A DNA stretch of 64,000 nucleotides from an uncultured Planctomycetota bacterium (GCA_963845755.1 CAWJTV010000011.1:160001-224000); one strand, 5' to 3'. Counted from the stretch's first letter, positions 1 through 10,697 are shown. Numbers and translations are program-made. The notes: generated from the letters alone by a model not told the origin.

Positions 1-371
1 GCCTCGACACCTCTTACTCGCGTTACCGCGATCATGTTCGATCAGGGCGGCGAGCTGATCGAGTTCGCCGGCGACAACGACCGGTATCCCGTCGTCATCG
101 CCAATCCGATGAACCGTCCTCGATGCTCGATTACCTCCGCCGATGTCGCGACCTTGATGGGGATCGCGCCGGGGACGTCGGGGACAATCACCGCAACCCA
201 GGTCGATGCGCTCGAGGCCACCGGCGGATCGATCGTCTGGTGCTCGCCAATGCCGTACACGAGAGCACACAAGACACAGGGCCGTTCGGCCAATTCGCCA
301 CGGCGACGGCGACGTTCCGGGCCTACAGCAGCGATGGGGCGACAAATCCGCTCAGCTTTACTCGTTCGTAG
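1..371 (+). CDS. Putative phage tail tube/major tail protein, 5'-partial, frameshift near 240
   Basis: Frame 1 (..MFDQGGELIEFAGDNDRYP..GGSIVW) joins the frame ending ..VLANAVHESTQDTGPFGQFATATATFRAYSSDGATNPLSFTRS*. Thr/Gly-rich and beta-like, and lies upstream of the chaperone and tape-measure-like genes. Confidence 0.5.
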   Translation, partial: LDTSYSRYRDHVRSGRRADRVRRRQRPVSRRHRQSDEPSSMLDYLRRCRDLDGDRAGDVGDNHRNPGRCARGHRRIDRLVLANAVHESTQDTGPFGQFATATATFRAYSSDGATNPLSFTRS

Positions 372-519
372 CCTCCTCCCCTCGATGGGCACGGGCCGAG
401 GTGGGAGCGGGACTGGAAGGCTGAAGGCCGAATGAAGGCCGCGCCCGTTCTAACTCAGCCTTCCTCCTTCAGCCTTTGGAAGGACCACTTTCCCCTACAA
501 GGGAGAGAAGCGAGACATC

Positions 520-855
520 ATGATCCCGACCACGCCGCTGCCCGACGCCCTCCTGGTCCCCGAGAAGATCAAGCGAGGCCGAACTCTCTTCGAGAGGATG
601 TGCTCCATTTTGGACTTCGCAGAACCCATGCTCGGCGTGGACCGGTCGAAGGGGGAAAGGGCCTACATTCACCGTCAGCCCCGGGGATGGCTGTTCATCA
701 CGAAGGACCGGTTCGACACGATCTATCACCCGCTTCGAACGCCATTGCAGGGACGCCCCAGGTACACCTGGCTCGATGGCCGGGACGGCATTCGCAGGGG
801 ATATCTCACCGAAGCAGCCCGAAGAGTAACGATCGATGCTGAACGAGAGAGCTAA
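520..855 (+). CDS. Hypothetical protein in phage-like module
   Basis: 111-aa ORF with natural composition that overlaps the start of the next gene. Confidence 0.5.
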   Translation: MIPTTPLPDALLVPEKIKRGRTLFERMCSILDFAEPMLGVDRSKGERAYIHRQPRGWLFITKDRFDTIYHPLRTPLQGRPRYTWLDGRDGIRRGYLTEAARRVTIDAERES

Positions 856-1407
856 ACGGCGCGAGACTTTCGACGAATGCAACTCCGTCCCCGTCATTCT
901 GGCTGACGGCCAGCCGTGGTCGGTTCCGAAGCCCTGGCTCGAGATCCGTGCTTCGTTCGGGAGCGGTAAGGCCCAGTCCACCTACCCTGTCCTGACCTAC
1001 GGGCCGGAGCTCGATGCCCTGGTCAAGGCGATCGGAGAGTGCCACGACAACGCGGCTCTCTTGTGCGGCGCGGCGTCGCTGGGGGCATACCTGGTCTCCC
1101 AGAACTACGACCTCTCGGACGAAGATCTCGACCAGTTGTTCGCCTTCCGTGTCGGGGCACCGGCGTCGTGGGACTGGGCGCGGGCCGTCATGGACATAGC
1201 GACGGGGCAATCCGGCCCAAAACGTGGGTGCGGTGGCGCAAGCTGACCCTGCTCGCCAACGGGTCCCTCCCACCGCTGATACTGCTCGAAGACGCGAACG
1301 ACCTCCTCGACTTCTTCGAGGCAACCGGCCAAACGATACCTCGGACGAAATGGGCCATCGAATCGATAGCCGCTGTGCAGCGGCGCAACCTTGAGGCGAT
1401 GTTCTGA
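836..1407 (+). CDS. Tail assembly chaperone pair (gpG/gpGT-like) with -1 programmed frameshift
   Basis: ORF 836-1246 has in-phase C-CCA-AAA at 1216-1222. The -1 frame continues PKTWVRWRK...LEAMF to TGA 1407, which overlaps the next ATG. Confidence 0.65.
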
Positions 1408-2681
1408 TGGACAAACCCGAGTCGATCATCCCGGTCCGGTTCGCATACAAGAATGCAGCCCAGGAATTGAAGAAAGTCGAGCAGGGCGGCCAACAGATCG
1501 CCGATACGACTACCAATTGTTTCCAGAGTGCATTCCATACCGCCAAGAATCTCGGGAGCGAGATGAGCGATTTGATCCGTCCCCGATTGGGTCCCGAGAC
1601 TGCCAACCAGATCGCCGGAACGAGCTCCGACCAGTTCCAACAGACGCTCGACTATATCAAAGGCGTTTCCACGGAATTCGCCGATCTTCAGCGGACCGTC
1701 CACCAAGTTGCCGCTCTGAAGGGGCGGGGCCAGACCAGCGATTTGTCCCTCTCCGAGATGCAAGAGGTCGCCGCGCCAGGGCCGCGCCAAGAGGAATGGC
1801 ACAGCACTCAGGAGAAAGCCCAGGTGCGCGCCGGCATTCACCTTGATGGCAGCCAGGGAGGGCTCAGCCAGCAACAGTTGCAGACCTACCAGCAGCAAAT
1901 CGCCAAATTCGCCGAGGACCGGGGGATTGTCCCAGCCCAGGCGATGGCGATAGGTGAAAGTCTCCTACGAACCTCGAAAGGGCCTCAAGACGTCAACCAG
2001 CTCCTCGACCGCTACGGGAAAGTATTCCAGACCCTCGAGAGAGCAACTTCGCCCGTCACCCAGATCCTACCGCAATTGAACCGAGCCGTATCCCAGGGAT
2101 TCTCGCCCGAGCAGGCTGCACAGGCGCTGGCATTCCTGTCGGAGGCAGTGCCCGGCGAGGAAGGGCCTGGGGGCGAACACACCCTCAAGGACCTGACCAA
2201 TGCAGAGCTGCAAGCGAAGGGCCCCGAGCTCGGCATTCAGGAAGGCATGACGCCGAGTAAGTACCGCACCAGCGCCATCGGCCGGTCGGCGCAGGCACCG
2301 GCTGAGTTGCGCATCGGAAGACCGAGCAGGGCTACCAGTTCCGAGCCGTAGAACAACCTCACCTCGAGGCCGACCGACGGCTTATCGACCGAGGGCGGTT
2401 GACGGAGCCCGACTGGAACTCCGGAGCGGGAGAGTTCATGCCCGGCGTAGGTTGCTCGCTGGGGCAGGGTGTTCAACTTCCGCTCGCCGTCCAAGGTCCG
2501 CGGCCAGTTCGGGGGGAGCATTGCAGCCGACAGCGGGACCGCTGCCCTTGGGACCGTGGCGATGACCGCTCGCTTCCAGGAACTACTCGAACGGATCGCC
2601 CACTCGAACGAGAAAATGGCCCGTCATGCCGAGGGTCGGCCGCTTGTGGCCCCGCCTCCCAATCCTCCCGGCCGCATGTAA
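1407..2681 (+). CDS. Tape-measure-like protein (short, interrupted or degenerate)
   Basis: Helical Gln/Ala-rich ORF 1407-2351 directly after the chaperone. A probable C-terminal piece lies at 2469-2681 (..QELLERIAHSNEKMA..). Confidence 0.5.
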
Positions 2682-2925
2682 ACTGACCGCCAATGGCCGG
2701 CTCACCCTGAATTGGGGCCTCGATGCAGCCTCGTTCTCGTGTGTTGCTTTCCGACGACATCGTCCTCGCAGGCGAATGACTTGCCCGCGCTGGTCGGCCA
2801 GAGAAAGTCACAGAATGAGCCCTTCGTCCACGGCGAAACCGATGACGACACCGACATGATCATCGAGATCACTTATCAAAACCTGAACTTTTCCATTCAA
2901 CACATCTAACGGTCAGGCCGTAATT

Positions 2926-3302
2926 ATGGGTGTCGAATCTTACGGGGGTGTGGACATTTTGGCGCAGCCGTCCACATCCAGCACATTCCGCGTTCCAATG
3001 CTCAACAGGTCGACTCGTTCAACGGGACCAACGGCAACGTGACCCTTTTCGCAGGAACGCGCGGCCGCACCTTCGAAGTCACAGGACTCCTGATCGGCAA
3101 GGACATACCGAGCCTGCTGGCCGCCGAGGCGAATCTCCTCTCATATGCCGATGGCATAGTACGTATACTTGTTGATCCTATTGGGCGGATATTCCCCGAC
3201 GTCATTTTCCAGGGGGAGTACCTGCCGTCCCCCGAGGGTCCCAAGTGGACGGATTCGGGCGTGTGTTTGCCTTATCGCGCTGTGTTCTATGGATTGACCT
3301 GA
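2926..3302 (+). CDS. Putative distal tail/tail-hub protein, frameshift near 2960
   Basis: ATG 2926 (MGVESYGGVDI) joins the frame ..GTNGNVTLFAGTRGRTFEVTG..YRAVFYGLT*. Positioned just after the tape-measure-like gene. Confidence 0.4.
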
Positions 3303-3303
3303 T

Positions 3304-4023
3304 ATGGCCTTCTCCCAAGCCACGATCACCCAAGTCTACCCGCCCCAGATCCGCGGCGGCCAAGTCTACCTATCATGGGAGACATCTTCGGCTGCCGGCA
3401 ACTGGTGGCAGGTTTACGTCAACCAGCAACTTGCCTGGACGGGGCTGCGCCGTTGGACCTGGGTGCCCATCCCCTCGGGTCCGGTTCGGATCGACATCGG
3501 GACCGTAAACTCGGGCGAGGAGTACGTTAGCTTCGCCGAATCGCTCCCGGGCGCCCCGCAAAGGCGGGCGCAGCTCACCTGGCAGTCGGGAACATACACG
3601 GGGATCGACCTGGCCGGCTTCCACATCTACGGCGCCATCGAACCCGGTGGTGTGATCGACTATGCGACGGTCCTGGCCGACATCACCGCCTATCCGGGGG
3701 GCATCGTCACCGATGGTTTCGGGTTTGGCGGATTTGGAGCGTTGGGATTTGGCCAGGCCGCCAGCTCTTATTCCTTCGTGTCAGAGCCTCTCGCAAGCGG
3801 AATATGGTCCTTCGCCGTCGTACCTTTCGACAACGCGGGCAACGCGGGATTACCCATAACGACGTCGATCGCGATCGTCGCCCCGCCGCGCACACCAGCA
3901 ACGTTCGCCGGCACAACGACTCGGCTGCAGTACGACCTCGAGACTTACGGTGAAACCAGCTTCGGGTCTGGCGGTTTCGGGCTACCATCAGCAGTTCTCA
4001 CCTGGAATTCGAGCCCCGCATGA
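3304..4023 (+). CDS. Phage-like structural protein with Ig/FN3-like segments and GFG-rich motifs
   Basis: 239 aa containing LSWET..WWQVYVN, LTW, WSFAVVPFDNAGN, and DGFGFGGFGALGFG / SFGSGGFG. ATGA-coupled to the next gene. Confidence 0.5.
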   Translation: MAFSQATITQVYPPQIRGGQVYLSWETSSAAGNWWQVYVNQQLAWTGLRRWTWVPIPSGPVRIDIGTVNSGEEYVSFAESLPGAPQRRAQLTWQSGTYTGIDLAGFHIYGAIEPGGVIDYATVLADITAYPGGIVTDGFGFGGFGALGFGQAASSYSFVSEPLASGIWSFAVVPFDNAGNAGLPITTSIAIVAPPRTPATFAGTTTRLQYDLETYGETSFGSGGFGLPSAVLTWNSSPA

Positions 4024-4640
4024 GCAATACCTACACGTCTAATGTCAAGCTGGCCATGCCGGCAATCGGCGACACCGGTTGGTCGGTGCCCGTGAACGGC
4101 AACTGCACCACGCTCGACGGACTCGCCCCGGTCGGCGGCCTGGCAGTGACAACGACGGAAATCCCGAGCGCCTCGCTGAATGTCGCCGTGGCTGCCGGCT
4201 CCTACATTACACAGGGCGGTGCGATCGGCACGTTCCCAGGTTCCGCCTCCCAAGCGATGGCTGCCAACGCGACCCAGGTCCTCTACCTTGATCTGACTAA
4301 CTCCGGGGCACTGACCGTCGGGGCGAGCTACCCCGCCACATCTCATGTCCGTCTTGCCACCGTTGCCGCGGGGGCCTCAACGGTCACGAGCCTTACCGAC
4401 AACCGCCAATGTTTCAATGTCGTGGGATCGTGGGCCGACGGGGTCAACATCACGTTGGGAACGGCAACCGGGACCCAAATCGGGACCGCAAGCAACCAGA
4501 AGCTGGCTTTTTTCGGCAACGCCCCAACCACGCAGCCGAAGATGGGCGCGGCGACCGCCGGGTCCATTTATACCGGCAACGAACAAGCAATGCTTCAGGC
4601 GGTTTATAACGCCGTGCGCGCATTGGGGCTGGGGAGCTGA
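4020..4640 (+). CDS. Putative tail fibre/minor tail protein
   Basis: 206 aa, Thr/Ala/Gly-rich; N-terminus TSNVKLAMPAIGDTGW..VNGNCTTLD resembles fibre N-termini. Confidence 0.45.
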   Translation: MSNTYTSNVKLAMPAIGDTGWSVPVNGNCTTLDGLAPVGGLAVTTTEIPSASLNVAVAAGSYITQGGAIGTFPGSASQAMAANATQVLYLDLTNSGALTVGASYPATSHVRLATVAAGASTVTSLTDNRQCFNVVGSWADGVNITLGTATGTQIGTASNQKLAFFGNAPTTQPKMGAATAGSIYTGNEQAMLQAVYNAVRALGLGS

Positions 4641-4641
4641 A

Positions 4642-6840
4642 ATGGCCGGGAGCTTTGACCTCGATAACTCGACGCCGCCTCTCTACGGCAACCCCTTGGT
4701 ATTTGGGGTCTACCTGTACGAGCCGAAGAATGACAATGCGGGGAACAACGAGAATCCCACGACGCTGCTACCGAATCTACGATGCCTGCGCATCGACTAT
4801 CGCGAGGGCCCAGAGCCACCGACCGCCGAGTTCCAATACATCCTCGACGACTCGCTGGCGCTCAGATTCGGCTGGCCCTCGCAGTTCGAGGATATCTGGC
4901 CCATCGACGCGCAAGGGCCGTACGTCGTTCTGCCTGATGACCGGCTGGTCGTAATGGGCCAGAACCCTGATGGGTCGCCCCTGATCCTCTTCGACGGGTT
5001 TGCCCAGATCCCTCAGGTGGATCTAACCCCGCAGACCCAACGCGTGATGTTCACCGCGGTGGGAGTCGCGGTGCGATGCTACGATGACGTGATTCACACG
5101 CGCGTCCAGCGTGACGCGGATACACCGAATCTCACCGACGGGAGTGCTGACGTCGAGATCCACGCACCCTGCCGGTTCAACCCAGCGGACAACTCGATCG
5201 GCACGCAGGGAGGAATCCTCGCGAATTCGACTCCGGACGAGTTCTATACCTTCGATGAGGAGACCGGGAACTACCCCGTATTCATCGACCCGCTGCTCAT
5301 AGAGCGGGAGGAGTCGGCGGGGGAGGATTACGTTGCGCCCTGGTACATAAGCGACGCGATCCTGTACCTTCTCGCACAGCCGAATCCCGGTGACGACTAT
5401 GTGCTGTGGCCGAACTCGACGACGATCATGCAGTTCCTGGACACGCTCGCGCCGCCGGCCGGAAGCGATATCCTCAACCCGGCAACCGCCGTCTCGACCA
5501 ACTGCGTGATCCGCGACTACGATGCGACGGGAAAGGCCCTCCCGGAGGTGCTCGCCGACCTGCTGGGCTATGCTGGCTTCCTCATGACCTGGCAGGTCGA
5601 TGCCGACGCGTCCGGAACTCCCCAGACGTTCTTGAAGATCTACCGGCGAGACGCCGCGGCGACCCTCACACCCAAGCTCGTCTACCTGGCGCCAGCCCGG
5701 ACGGGAACTCTGGACCCGTCGGCCAACAACGTCACGCATCTTCACCTGGCGCACGACGCGAACCAGATTGTCAACGCCTGGCGTGTCGAGACGGAGCAAC
5801 GACAGATCGAGGTCAGTGTCTTGCTCGCACCGCTCTTCGAGCCGGCGTCCGGGGACCAGGAATCGGCAAATCGCAAGCAGTTCTTCGCATCGTCGTTCAC
5901 CCCCTCAACATTAGCTGCAACCCGGCGGAAGTACCGGTGGTACGGCGCCGATGAGTGCGGGGATGGACACTACAATCAGGCGACACAGGAGTGGTCCGTC
6001 GAGGCCCTCGACCTCTCGCCAGTATTTCCCAAAACGGAAACGAACACCAAGAGTTACGTCACACGATACCGTCCCGGTTTGAACACCCTGATTGCAACCG
6101 ACTCGGATGGACGGCCACTACGTGCGACGCTCGAGATTCTCTTCGGGACCTATAGCGGAGACTCGTCGGTTCAGCCTGAGGCAAGCAACTCCAACTGGCA
6201 GGTCGTTACCGGAGGGTGGCGGCTCCTGCCCGACCGGCTCGGGATCGAAGTGACCGTGGAGGATCCCGAGCAGTGGAACGGTGGAAAGGTCGTCGGCGAT
6301 ATACGGGGTATCACATGGCAAGTCGTCCCGCCCTCGGGCAAGCAGTTCAGCCTACGTCTAACCACGATCATCGAGGATGACCGGCGTATCGATGCGATAG
6401 CGCCGAAGCGGATCGCCTCGCCGACGCAGTTTTCCCGATGGCGTTCTGCCGATGCCCGCGACCACTTCCAGTACACAAGCATTTCCGCGGGAAGCCGTAA
6501 CTACCAGCAGGCCGGCGGGGACGGCACCAACCCGGTCGTCATCCGTGACGACACGGAAGCGGCGACGACACACGCGGAGCAGCTCCGCTCGGCTTACGAA
6601 TTCCCGCCGCTAGCCGGCAGCCTGACCATCCCCTACATCACGACCTACTATGAGGTCGGCGACCGCATCCGCGAGATCGGCGGCCGAGACGCCAATCTCC
6701 AGACCAACGTAGGCTCCGATCAAGGCGAATCCCCGACTTACCCCTGGATTGTCGGCGTGTCCTGGACGTTCGAGGCGGATCGACAGCAGACCGTGCTCCA
6801 GCTCTCGGATCACAGGGCCTCCACCCGGCATAATGGGTAG
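4642..6840 (+). CDS. Large phage tail/baseplate hub-like protein
   Basis: About 732 aa from ATG 4642, acidic and beta-rich. The C-terminal GSLTIPYITTYYEVGDRI..IVGVSWTF..QQTVLQL is typical of tail hub C-termini. Confidence 0.55.
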   Translation: MAGSFDLDNSTPPLYGNPLVFGVYLYEPKNDNAGNNENPTTLLPNLRCLRIDYREGPEPPTAEFQYILDDSLALRFGWPSQFEDIWPIDAQGPYVVLPDDRLVVMGQNPDGSPLILFDGFAQIPQVDLTPQTQRVMFTAVGVAVRCYDDVIHTRVQRDADTPNLTDGSADVEIHAPCRFNPADNSIGTQGGILANSTPDEFYTFDEETGNYPVFIDPLLIEREESAGEDYVAPWYISDAILYLLAQPNPGDDYVLWPNSTTIMQFLDTLAPPAGSDILNPATAVSTNCVIRDYDATGKALPEVLADLLGYAGFLMTWQVDADASGTPQTFLKIYRRDAAATLTPKLVYLAPARTGTLDPSANNVTHLHLAHDANQIVNAWRVETEQRQIEVSVLLAPLFEPASGDQESANRKQFFASSFTPSTLAATRRKYRWYGADECGDGHYNQATQEWSVEALDLSPVFPKTETNTKSYVTRYRPGLNTLIATDSDGRPLRATLEILFGTYSGDSSVQPEASNSNWQVVTGGWRLLPDRLGIEVTVEDPEQWNGGKVVGDIRGITWQVVPPSGKQFSLRLTTIIEDDRRIDAIAPKRIASPTQFSRWRSADARDHFQYTSISAGSRNYQQAGGDGTNPVVIRDDTEAATTHAEQLRSAYEFPPLAGSLTIPYITTYYEVGDRIREIGGRDANLQTNVGSDQGESPTYPWIVGVSWTFEADRQQTVLQLSDHRASTRHNG

Positions 6841-6909
6841 CTGCCTGTTCCCAGTTAAGGGGACTCGCGTTCGCTGACAACTGGCAAACGGCAACAGAGA
6901 AATCCAAAC

Positions 6910-7236
6910 ATGACTGATTTGCGAGTGATCCGTGACCGTCCAAAAGCTGGAGAGAAGACGATCAACCGCGAGCCGGGACTCGCACCTGTAGGGTCAGTAG
7001 CAATCCTGGCGCAGACGACGACGGTCTCGACCTACCCGACGACCGCGTCGGCATTCTACGCGTGTGTGCCTGCGGACATAGACGGCAACGAGTCTGAGGG
7101 GTCATCGGCAACGTATGTCCAGGAGGAAACGACGATCCTTTACGCCTGGAATGCCGGTACGCAGGTCCCCCCGGCAGGCACAACGGTCGTGTGCGATGCC
7201 GTCGGCGGCCGGTGGGTCTTCCGCTACGACGGATGA
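6910..7236 (+). CDS. Hypothetical tail-associated protein (paralog of 7351-8073 N-terminus)
   Basis: Shares DLRVIRDR, A(D/E)(I/L)DGxExEG and AVGGRWV motifs with the next gene. Confidence 0.55.
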   Translation: MTDLRVIRDRPKAGEKTINREPGLAPVGSVAILAQTTTVSTYPTTASAFYACVPADIDGNESEGSSATYVQEETTILYAWNAGTQVPPAGTTVVCDAVGGRWVFRYDG

Positions 7237-7350
7237 GGTTTCACACGGATGCTTTATTGGTCCTCAGATAGATGAAAACTTGATCATAATTTTTAAATCA
7301 GAGACTCGAGGACTCATTCCCGAGGTGTGAAACCCGGGATAGTATAACCG

Positions 7351-8073
7351 ATGGTTAGCGACCGAGAACTTAGGATCCTTCGCGACCGCCAGGCTGCTTT
7401 GAGCGGAGCGATTGATCGTGTTGCGGAGGCTTCGACGCGGGTCACAGCGCGACGGATGGTCCAGGTCTACGACGGCGGAAGCATGCCGACACAGCCGGGC
7501 TACGTCTACTTGACCCATCCAGCCGAACTGGACGGCAAAGAGATTGAAGGCGGATCGGGGATCGTGAACGTGGATACCTCCACGACGATACCCGTCGTCG
7601 TACTCTGGGGCACACCTCAGGCTGGCGACATCCTCACGGCCTGTGCAGTCGGCGGACGGTGGGTCGCCTATCGGTCGGGTACGTCGATCCATTCGGGCTA
7701 CTCGTGTGGTCAGTGTCAGATCCCTCGGCAGAATCTCACGGTTTCCTGGACGAACCTGATCCTAGGCAACGGGGCGACCTCGCTAGTCTACTCCGGCAAT
7801 CCGACGACACAATGGGCATCCGCTTGCACGAACCAGCTCCTATACGAGCTGGTCTGCACCCAGAATCAGGTCGAATTCCGAGTTTACTATTTCGTGTCGG
7901 GCTCTTGTCCCAGTGGACAGAGTCAGTATTGCTCAACGATACGATCAAATCCTTTCAGATTGACCCAAACCAGCCTGACGTGCAGTCCGCTACTTCTCAC
8001 ATGCAGCGTGACCTCGGCGAGCTGCCCAAACCTCGCATCCAATGGTTACACCAGCTTCACGGTCTCGCAATGA
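7351..8073 (+). CDS. Hypothetical tail-associated protein with Cys-rich C-terminal domain
   Basis: N-terminus is paralogous to 6910-7236; the C-terminal ~120 aa contain about 9 Cys. Confidence 0.6.
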   Translation: MVSDRELRILRDRQAALSGAIDRVAEASTRVTARRMVQVYDGGSMPTQPGYVYLTHPAELDGKEIEGGSGIVNVDTSTTIPVVVLWGTPQAGDILTACAVGGRWVAYRSGTSIHSGYSCGQCQIPRQNLTVSWTNLILGNGATSLVYSGNPTTQWASACTNQLLYELVCTQNQVEFRVYYFVSGSCPSGQSQYCSTIRSNPFRLTQTSLTCSPLLLTCSVTSASCPNLASNGYTSFTVSQ

Positions 8074-8382
8074 ATGGGTCGGAAGGCATTGGCAGGCTTA
8101 AGGATGATTCAAACCAGTCTTGATTCAGTTTTTGACCTTCAGCCTTCAGCCTTCCGAAACTCCCAACCCGGGCTGTGTGTCCATTGCCCGGTAGCCCAGA
8201 ATCTGTCCTGTCGGGGCGAGTCCGTGCGCCGGCTTTGCATGCTCGTTAACCCTGGGCATCCCGATTATGCGCCGAGATATATCGCAGCGATCCTGGGCCT
8301 GCGCAGCCAAGTGGATCCGACGAGGCACACAGTGCTGAACGACCTGACGTCGCCGAGACTTTGTCCTTGCTCGGAGCCATGA
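8074..8382 (+). CDS. Small Cys-rich hypothetical protein
   Basis: Starts right after the previous stop; contains CVHCPV..CRGE..RLC..HPDY..LCPC. Confidence 0.45.
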   Translation: MGRKALAGLRMIQTSLDSVFDLQPSAFRNSQPGLCVHCPVAQNLSCRGESVRRLCMLVNPGHPDYAPRYIAAILGLRSQVDPTRHTVLNDLTSPRLCPCSEP

Positions 8383-8509
8383 GGTCCTGTGACTTTCGCG
8401 CGATCGACAGTGGCTGCGGGTGCTCTGGGGCAAGGTGTGGGCTACGCAATGGTGCATTCGTGTCGCATGCCGAGTGTTTCGATTGCCTGCGACATTATGG
8501 GAGGCAACC

Positions 8510-8896
8510 ATGAAACGTGACGAATCCACCCCACTGTTCCCCTCCCCCGGTCAGAGTCTCCCGACTCAAGAAGGGGGCGAAACGTTGAGCGATCATGCGA
8601 GGAGTCTGTCCAACGAAGTCATGGGCGGCCCCGAGGAGCCGGCCGAGACCATCCTCAGTAACAGAGAGACCAGCGTCTTCGTCGAGCCGACGGCGGATGA
8701 GCTGATCCAGGCCGCTCTGAACGATGAATCGCAACAACGTCTCTGGCTCCGGACAATCATCCCGCTCCTACAACTCCGCTCGCACGATTCGGATCCCTCT
8801 GGCCGCGTGCAGTTGGCCTACGACCTGATGCATATCGCGGCCTGTGAACGCGCCTCTCGCCTCCTTCGCAGCGATCTGCCCTCCGAAAACGATTAG
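8510..8896 (+). CDS. Hypothetical protein
   Basis: GGAGG ribosome-binding site before ATG 8510; helical C-terminus. Confidence 0.5.
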   Translation: MKRDESTPLFPSPGQSLPTQEGGETLSDHARSLSNEVMGGPEEPAETILSNRETSVFVEPTADELIQAALNDESQQRLWLRTIIPLLQLRSHDSDPSGRVQLAYDLMHIAACERASRLLRSDLPSEND

Positions 8897-9872
8897 AGGA
8901 AGTCAGAACCCAATTCGAGAACGATTGACTCCGGTTTTCAGCGAGATGCGGCAAGTCGCGATACATGCGTGCAATCGTTGTACGACTAGGACCTGAGCGA
9001 CCAAACCCGTCTCATCCCAAAAAAACGAGACATAAAACAAAATTTATGCAACTGAAGACGCGCATGTGCGGATCATATGGGTGTACGGTACCGAGGAAGT
9101 CGCGACACCGAAGAAGAGTGAAGCTCGAGCAGTTCTTTCCGCAGGTACTTATTAGTTCGTTCGATCAACCGTGACAAGTCAACTTGCACAGGAGGGCATT
9201 TCGCCCATGCGTAGACACTCACTGTTCGACAGCCTTGTCTCCCTGGAGACGCTTGATCTGCGGCTCAGCCCGAGCGCCGCTGTCTTGGGGTGCCGCCGCT
9301 GCGGCATCGGCCGTTCACCATCACGAGGTTTCGCCGGCGAGTGATTCGGGAGACGATCCTCCGATCACACAGCCGGACCTCCCACCGTCTGGACCCTCCG
9401 GCCCCGGGTCCTCCTCGTAAGATTCGGGCCGCTCGAATGTCACAGTCCGAGGCCAAGCAGGGTCGTGTGCGCCCGGGGACCGTTGGAGCTCCGTTTCGCG
9501 GCCTCCTGGTGTTGCAATGATCGCTGTCCTGATCTCGGAGACCGGGGGGAGCAATTCCCCCCGGGATCCGGGGTGCCGGACCATTCCCTGCATCGCGCCG
9601 GACGGACTGCGATCGTCTGCCCGAACTTCTTCGATATCGATGTGTGTGCCTCGTGCGGCGGGATTTCCTCCCACCTCATCGGGGACGGTTTTCCCGCGCC
9701 GCGAGGTTTCTAGGCGCCGTCTGGAACCACGTTCGATTGCGGTGGGACCAGCAACGGCGCAACACGCGGGAATTCCACGGCCGGAGTGGCCTACCGAGGG
9801 CATGATTCCCACGGGGGCCACGTCGGGTCGGGCAGGAGTACTCACCACGCAAGAAACCCGGAGAGCCTAGGC

Positions 9873-10697
9873 ATGCCGATCTACTCGATTTTACACCGCT
9901 GGACGCGAAGCACGGTCGCGGTCATAGAGGCCCCGACTTACGCCCGGGCCCTGGAATGGGCGGCGCGGCGCGGTTTGAGCCTGATCGACGTCGATCTCGA
10001 AGGATTAGTGCTTCGCAGCGCTTTCCTGGCCCGTGCAGACCTTCGTGGAGCCGGATTAACGTCCGCAGATCTGTCGGGCTGCTATCTTCGCAAGGCCGAC
10101 TTCCGCGGGGCCGACCTCTGCCGGGCTCGGTTGGTCCACGCTTTTCTGGAGGGAGCCGATCTACGCCAAGCCGACCTCCGCGAGGCGCGATTATCTCGCG
10201 CCGATCTCCGGGGCACCAAGCTGGTCGGCGCCGACCTGCGCGGCACCGTCATTACCGGGGCGCGACTCACCGGAGCACTGTGCGACTGGCGATGGAGCGT
10301 TATCCCCGCCGAATTACTCCGACGGAATCCAAGGGCGTCGGGCGACGACTCGCGGCTGGTCATCGATCTGGCCTTTTACGAGGATCAGCGACCTTGGGGC
10401 TGGCTCAAGCTCCTCTCAGGTTACGGCAAGCGTGCCGACTGGGCTCTCGGTGCGCTGGCGGAATCGGTGCGGGATGGCGACAATGCTCCCGAAATGCTCC
10501 GCTGTCTGGCCGCCGATGCGTCTGCGAGTTTCCACCTACCCGGACCGTCCGAACCAGTTGACCCCTGCCATCGGGGAACGAGTCACTCGAAGTCGACACC
10601 GTCAGACATTCCGTCGGCTCCCAGAATGCTCTGGACATGTCGGCGGACGACCGTCTTCGGCGCCACTCGGGATTTACCGGATCCCCGACTGTCCTGA
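9873..10697 (+). CDS. Pentapeptide repeat protein
   Basis: Tandem A(D/F)Lxx repeats (ADLRGAGLTSADLSG..ADLRQADLREARLSRADLRG). Confidence 0.85.
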   Translation: MPIYSILHRWTRSTVAVIEAPTYARALEWAARRGLSLIDVDLEGLVLRSAFLARADLRGAGLTSADLSGCYLRKADFRGADLCRARLVHAFLEGADLRQADLREARLSRADLRGTKLVGADLRGTVITGARLTGALCDWRWSVIPAELLRRNPRASGDDSRLVIDLAFYEDQRPWGWLKLLSGYGKRADWALGALAESVRDGDNAPEMLRCLAADASASFHLPGPSEPVDPCHRGTSHSKSTPSDIPSAPRMLWTCRRTTVFGATRDLPDPRLS

